Source: Gammaproteobacteria bacterium (GTDB lineage: Bacteria > Pseudomonadota > Gammaproteobacteria > GCA-001735895). Taken from it: DNA of 41,101 nt. The stretch is taken from the NCBI GenBank assembly GCA_024222685.1, contig JAAEOZ010000158.1, forward strand, positions 1 through 41,101, in the 5' to 3' direction. This document shows, piece after piece, positions 37,977 to 41,101 of this stretch. The notes beneath the pieces were generated by a model. It was not told the DNA's origin and ran no database searches. It worked only from the letters and a program-made list of their open reading frames with translations. The translations under genes were made by a program, and so were the position numbers. Numbering within the stretch: the stretch's first letter is position 1; each line of letters starts with the position of its first letter.

Positions 37977-38777
37977 ATGGACGACAGTAATCAAAAACAG
38001 AGCCGCCAAACCATGCGAAAGGGAATATTTCTTTTGCCTAACCTGTTTACAACGGGTGCATTATTCGCTGGCTTTTACGCCATAATTGCTGCGATGAAAG
38101 GCAATTTTGAAATTGCCTCAATGGTAATATTCCTCGCTATGATACTCGATGGTCTGGATGGGCGGGTGGCGCGAATGACCAATACCCAGTCTGCCTTTGG
38201 GGCAGAATACGACAGCCTCTCGGACATGGTATCTTTCGGGGTCGCTCCCGGCCTGGTGATGTATCAGTGGTCGCTTGTCTACCTGGCCGACATCTCCACC
38301 TTCTGGGGAAAACTAGGCTGGCTGGCCGCCTTTATTTATACCACCTCTACTGCACTGCGACTGGCACGTTTCAATACACAGATTGGCAAGGCAGATAAAC
38401 GTTATTTTCAGGGCCTGGCCTCACCCGCCGCTGCCGCTGTAGTAATGGGGGCTGTATGGGTTTGTGAAACTTACGGTATTACCGGTGAAGAAGTGAAATA
38501 TATTGCCCTGGTTTTGACCACATTAGCCGGTGGGTTAATGGTATCCCGTTTTTCCTACTACAGCTTTAAAGATCTGGATTTACGCAAGAAAGTACCATTT
38601 GTTGCGGTACTTGCAGTAATGCTGGTATTTGTATTCCTGTCAATTGAAACTTCCACAGTACTATTTTTAATTTTTGTACTTTATATGTTATCAGGCCCGG
38701 TAATTTCGTTATTTCGCTGGAATCGAAAACGCCAGCGCCTGTCAACAGACGAAGAACCAGCGGATGGGCAGTCATGA
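37977..38777 (+). CDS. pssA: CDP-diacylglycerol--serine O-phosphatidyltransferase (CDP-alcohol phosphatidyltransferase type)
   Basis: CDP-alcohol phosphatidyltransferase motif DGLDGRVARMTNTQSAFGAEYDSLSD in a multi-TM 266 aa protein. Confidence 0.88.
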   Translation: MDDSNQKQSRQTMRKGIFLLPNLFTTGALFAGFYAIIAAMKGNFEIASMVIFLAMILDGLDGRVARMTNTQSAFGAEYDSLSDMVSFGVAPGLVMYQWSLVYLADISTFWGKLGWLAAFIYTTSTALRLARFNTQIGKADKRYFQGLASPAAAAVVMGAVWVCETYGITGEEVKYIALVLTTLAGGLMVSRFSYYSFKDLDLRKKVPFVAVLAVMLVFVFLSIETSTVLFLIFVLYMLSGPVISLFRWNRKRQRLSTDEEPADGQS

Positions 38778-38875
38778 AGTCCTGCTCATCAATGCAATAA
38801 TTTTTTTAAACCTGACAGTTTTCACTGTGTAATTAACCTGATACTTATCATCAGGACAACAGCTGGGATATTTGC

Positions 38876-38980
38876 ATGAGTAAAGATCGGCTAATTATTT
38901 TCGACACAACACTTATTAATACAATTAATAAGGCTCTGTCTAACGCCGGGAGAACACACCCGCAACTGGGTGACGTTTAA
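38876..38980 (+). pseudogene. leuA: remnant of 2-isopropylmalate synthase (leuA): N-terminal 13 codons fused in frame to a ~21-codon C-terminal tail
   Basis: My own translation of an ORF below the track cut-off is MSKDRLIIFDTTLINTINKALSNAGRTHPQLGDV*. MSKDRLIIFDTTL matches the conserved LeuA start, but the RDGEQ continuation is missing. The position after ilvIHC-pssA is where leuA sits in many proteobacteria. Confidence 0.6.
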
Positions 38981-38984
38981 AGCT

Positions 38985-39752
38985 ATGCTCAGTGCCAGGC
39001 AGAAACATTGCCTGAAGGGCATTGGCATTCGGCGCTGGGTTGAACGTTCGGCAACCCCGGAAATATCCGAAACAGAACAGCAAGTGGAAACAGATGACCC
39101 CCTGGTCAATTTACACCCGCCTTCAGCACCGCCAGTAGAAACCTGCTCGGAACCAGTTGCTGAACCTGAGTTGAAACCACCAGTAATCGACCTGCCACTC
39201 GATAGCTGGGAGGCAATACAGCATTCCATACACCAGTGCCAGTCTTGCGAGCTTGGCCGAAATTGTATTCAGAAAGTACCGGGTATCGGTAATCAGCAGG
39301 CTGATTTATTGATCATCGGCGAGGGACCCGGACAGGATGAAGATATCAAGGGTGAGCCTTTTGTCGGTCGATCAGGGCAATTGCTGGACAAGATGCTGGC
39401 AGCTATTGGCATCGCTCGTTCACAGGCATTCATCACTAATATTGTTAAATGCCGCCCGCCAAATAATCGAGACCCACATGTCGATGAAGTACAGACCTGC
39501 AACCAGTTTTTACAGGCTCAAATTAAGCACATTAATCCAGAAATCATTCTTTCGGTAGGTCGCATTTCGGCACATAGCCTGTTGCATTGCAATGACCCGG
39601 TCGGCCATTTAATAAAGGAGATGCATCAGCTACCGGGAACCGAAATACCAGTCAAGGTAACCTACCACCCGGCTTATTTACTACGCACACCATCCGCAAA
39701 AGCCATTGCCTGGCAGGATATGAAAACGCTGCATCAAATTCTCAATAAATGA
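38985..39752 (+). CDS. family-4 uracil-DNA glycosylase (Fe-S type, DNA-polymerase-related) with N-terminal extension
   Basis: GEGPGQDEDIKGEPFVGRSGQLLDKML, Cys cluster CQSCELGRNC...KCRPP, and HPAYLLR. The start is either ATG 38985 or GTG 38970. Confidence 0.85.
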   Translation: MLSARQKHCLKGIGIRRWVERSATPEISETEQQVETDDPLVNLHPPSAPPVETCSEPVAEPELKPPVIDLPLDSWEAIQHSIHQCQSCELGRNCIQKVPGIGNQQADLLIIGEGPGQDEDIKGEPFVGRSGQLLDKMLAAIGIARSQAFITNIVKCRPPNNRDPHVDEVQTCNQFLQAQIKHINPEIILSVGRISAHSLLHCNDPVGHLIKEMHQLPGTEIPVKVTYHPAYLLRTPSAKAIAWQDMKTLHQILNK

Positions 39753-40204
39753 AAGTTATCAAGTTGTCTTATCGTCGCATGGAGATTGATGACATCGACA
39801 CAGTCATGCAGGTTGAAACGAAGGTCTATACCTATCCCTGGACAGAAAGAATTTTCAAAGACTGTATTCGTGTCGGTTACGATTGCTGGCTGGCTCTCGA
39901 CGATGATTATATTGTGGCCCACGCGGTCATTAGTGTTGCCGCGGGCGAAAGTCACATTCTTAATATATCAGTAGCTGAAAATTATCAGGGGCACGGAATC
40001 GGCAAACAATTCATAGAGTTTCTTGTCGACATTGCCAGAAATAAAAAAGCCAGCATGATTCTGCTCGAAGTCCGCCAAAGTAATATGGCCGCCATCAGTT
40101 GCTACCATGCCACCGGTTTTAACGAAATTGGCTGCCGTAAGGATTATTATCCTGCGGAGAATGGGCGCGAGGATGCTCTGTTGTTTGCCCGGGAGATTGG
40201 GTAA
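39749..40204 (+). CDS. rimI: ribosomal-protein-alanine N-acetyltransferase (GNAT)
   Basis: 151 aa GNAT with the acetyl-CoA loop QGHGIGKQF and LEVRQSN..AISCY...GF. There is an ATGA overlap with the preceding gene. Confidence 0.8.
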   Translation: MKVIKLSYRRMEIDDIDTVMQVETKVYTYPWTERIFKDCIRVGYDCWLALDDDYIVAHAVISVAAGESHILNISVAENYQGHGIGKQFIEFLVDIARNKKASMILLEVRQSNMAAISCYHATGFNEIGCRKDYYPAENGREDALLFAREIG

Positions 40205-40209
40205 AAGAA

Positions 40210-41100
40210 CTAGGTGTATTCAGAGACTCGATTAGTTGAGGGAATAGATCTTGCGATTTCAAAAAATGTTCTAACAAGCGTGGAATCAATACGGTCAGAC
40301 AGACAGGTAATATGAGCGGTGGTATAAATCTCAGCATCTAATATTTTAAGAGGTCTGAGATTGGGATGCGGATTAAATTCAATATCCGATACAACGCCAA
40401 TTCCTATCCCCTGCTCGACAGCCAACCAGACAGCTTCGCGACTTCCCAACTCCATAATAGGATCTACAGTAACTCCAGCCATTTTCAGAGCTTCTTCAAA
40501 GGCGAGACGGGTAGTTGAACCCTTTTCACGATGCACAAATCGCTGACCCTGCAAATCTTCCATTTTGACCTGTCTTCGATTTGCGAATGGATGCTCGGCA
40601 TTGACAAATACGATGACTGGATGCCGACTGAACGGCAGGGCATGAATAGCTGGGTTGTCTTCTGTATGAGCAAGTACTGCGACATCAACTGCGTAACTCA
40701 ATAACAGGTCTACCATTTCCATCGAATTGCCTAGTGTTACCGTAAGCTTTATACCCGGATATAACTTATTGAACATAGCCAACATTCCCGTTGCATGATA
40801 CGGTCCTACCGCACCAACTCTTAAATCACCTATCAATAGCTTACCGTAACTGCTAAGTAAGTCTCGCGCTTCCTCTTCAAGCTGGAAAATTCTTTGACTA
40901 ATTCGAAACAACGCCTTCCCACAATCAGATATTTCTACTCCATTGCCAGGCCTATGGAACAAGGTCACGCCATATTTATCTTCTAAAGCTTTAATTTGCG
41001 TTGAAACTGTTGATTGTCCAATGTGAATCGATTTTGATGCAGCAGTAAACCCGCCCTCTCTGGCAACAGCATGGAATGATCTGAGTTGTGAATGTAACAT
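40210..41100 (-). CDS. LysR-family transcriptional regulator
   Basis: N-terminal wHTH LRSFHAVAREGGFTAASKSIHIGQSTVSTQIKALE followed by a LysR substrate-binding domain. The ATG lies 1 nt from the window edge, so its upstream region cannot be seen. Confidence 0.85.
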   Translation of the reverse strand: MLHSQLRSFHAVAREGGFTAASKSIHIGQSTVSTQIKALEDKYGVTLFHRPGNGVEISDCGKALFRISQRIFQLEEEARDLLSSYGKLLIGDLRVGAVGPYHATGMLAMFNKLYPGIKLTVTLGNSMEMVDLLLSYAVDVAVLAHTEDNPAIHALPFSRHPVIVFVNAEHPFANRRQVKMEDLQGQRFVHREKGSTTRLAFEEALKMAGVTVDPIMELGSREAVWLAVEQGIGIGVVSDIEFNPHPNLRPLKILDAEIYTTAHITCLSDRIDSTLVRTFFEIARSIPSTNRVSEYT

Positions 41101-41101
41101 C

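Noticed and set aside
38891-39229. A 112-aa minus-strand ORF spanning the leuA relic and the start of the UDG gene.
   Set aside because: It is antisense to a well-supported family-4 UDG N-terminus, has a low-complexity Ser/Gly/Cys-rich translation, and has no start context.

Overview
This is a densely coding 41.1-kb chromosomal segment with about 40 genes and almost no spacer. By gene content it looks like a moderately AT-rich marine gammaproteobacterium that can oxidise thiosulfate; this taxonomic guess is inference only. Gene order runs as follows. (1) rep (5' end cut by the window) and an aapJQMP-type general amino-acid ABC transporter. (2) A small orphan ORF, a membrane GAF-PAS-GGDEF-EAL c-di-GMP protein, and argE-pdxB. 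(3) A fadL-family porin with a VolA-like lipoprotein lipase. (4) A mini SET-domain protein, a Pcm-like methyltransferase, and tolC-lpxL-waaA. (5) A LysE exporter, then an LPS inner-core/decoration cluster: kdkA, a GT9 heptosyltransferase, a stand-alone AsnB-like PP-loop enzyme, hldE, two TagF-like glycerophosphotransferases, a nucleotidyltransferase and a HIT-TagD fusion. (6) mtaB, soxXYZA, a BepA-like M48/TPR protease, and a rhodanese-tusA pair. (7) ilvI-ilvH-ilvC-pssA, a 34-codon leuA relic, a family-4 uracil-DNA glycosylase, rimI and a LysR regulator. I saw no rRNA or tRNA genes, no CRISPR array, no transposase, integrase or phage genes, and no recognisable defence system. I did not find a convincing wholly new multi-gene system. 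The three most unusual items are a teichoic-acid-like CDP-glycerol module containing the HIT-TagD fusion inside the LPS cluster, the low-GC AsnB-like gene, and the in-frame leuA scar downstream of pssA. Every call rests on motif recognition by eye in the supplied translations; no database search was run.
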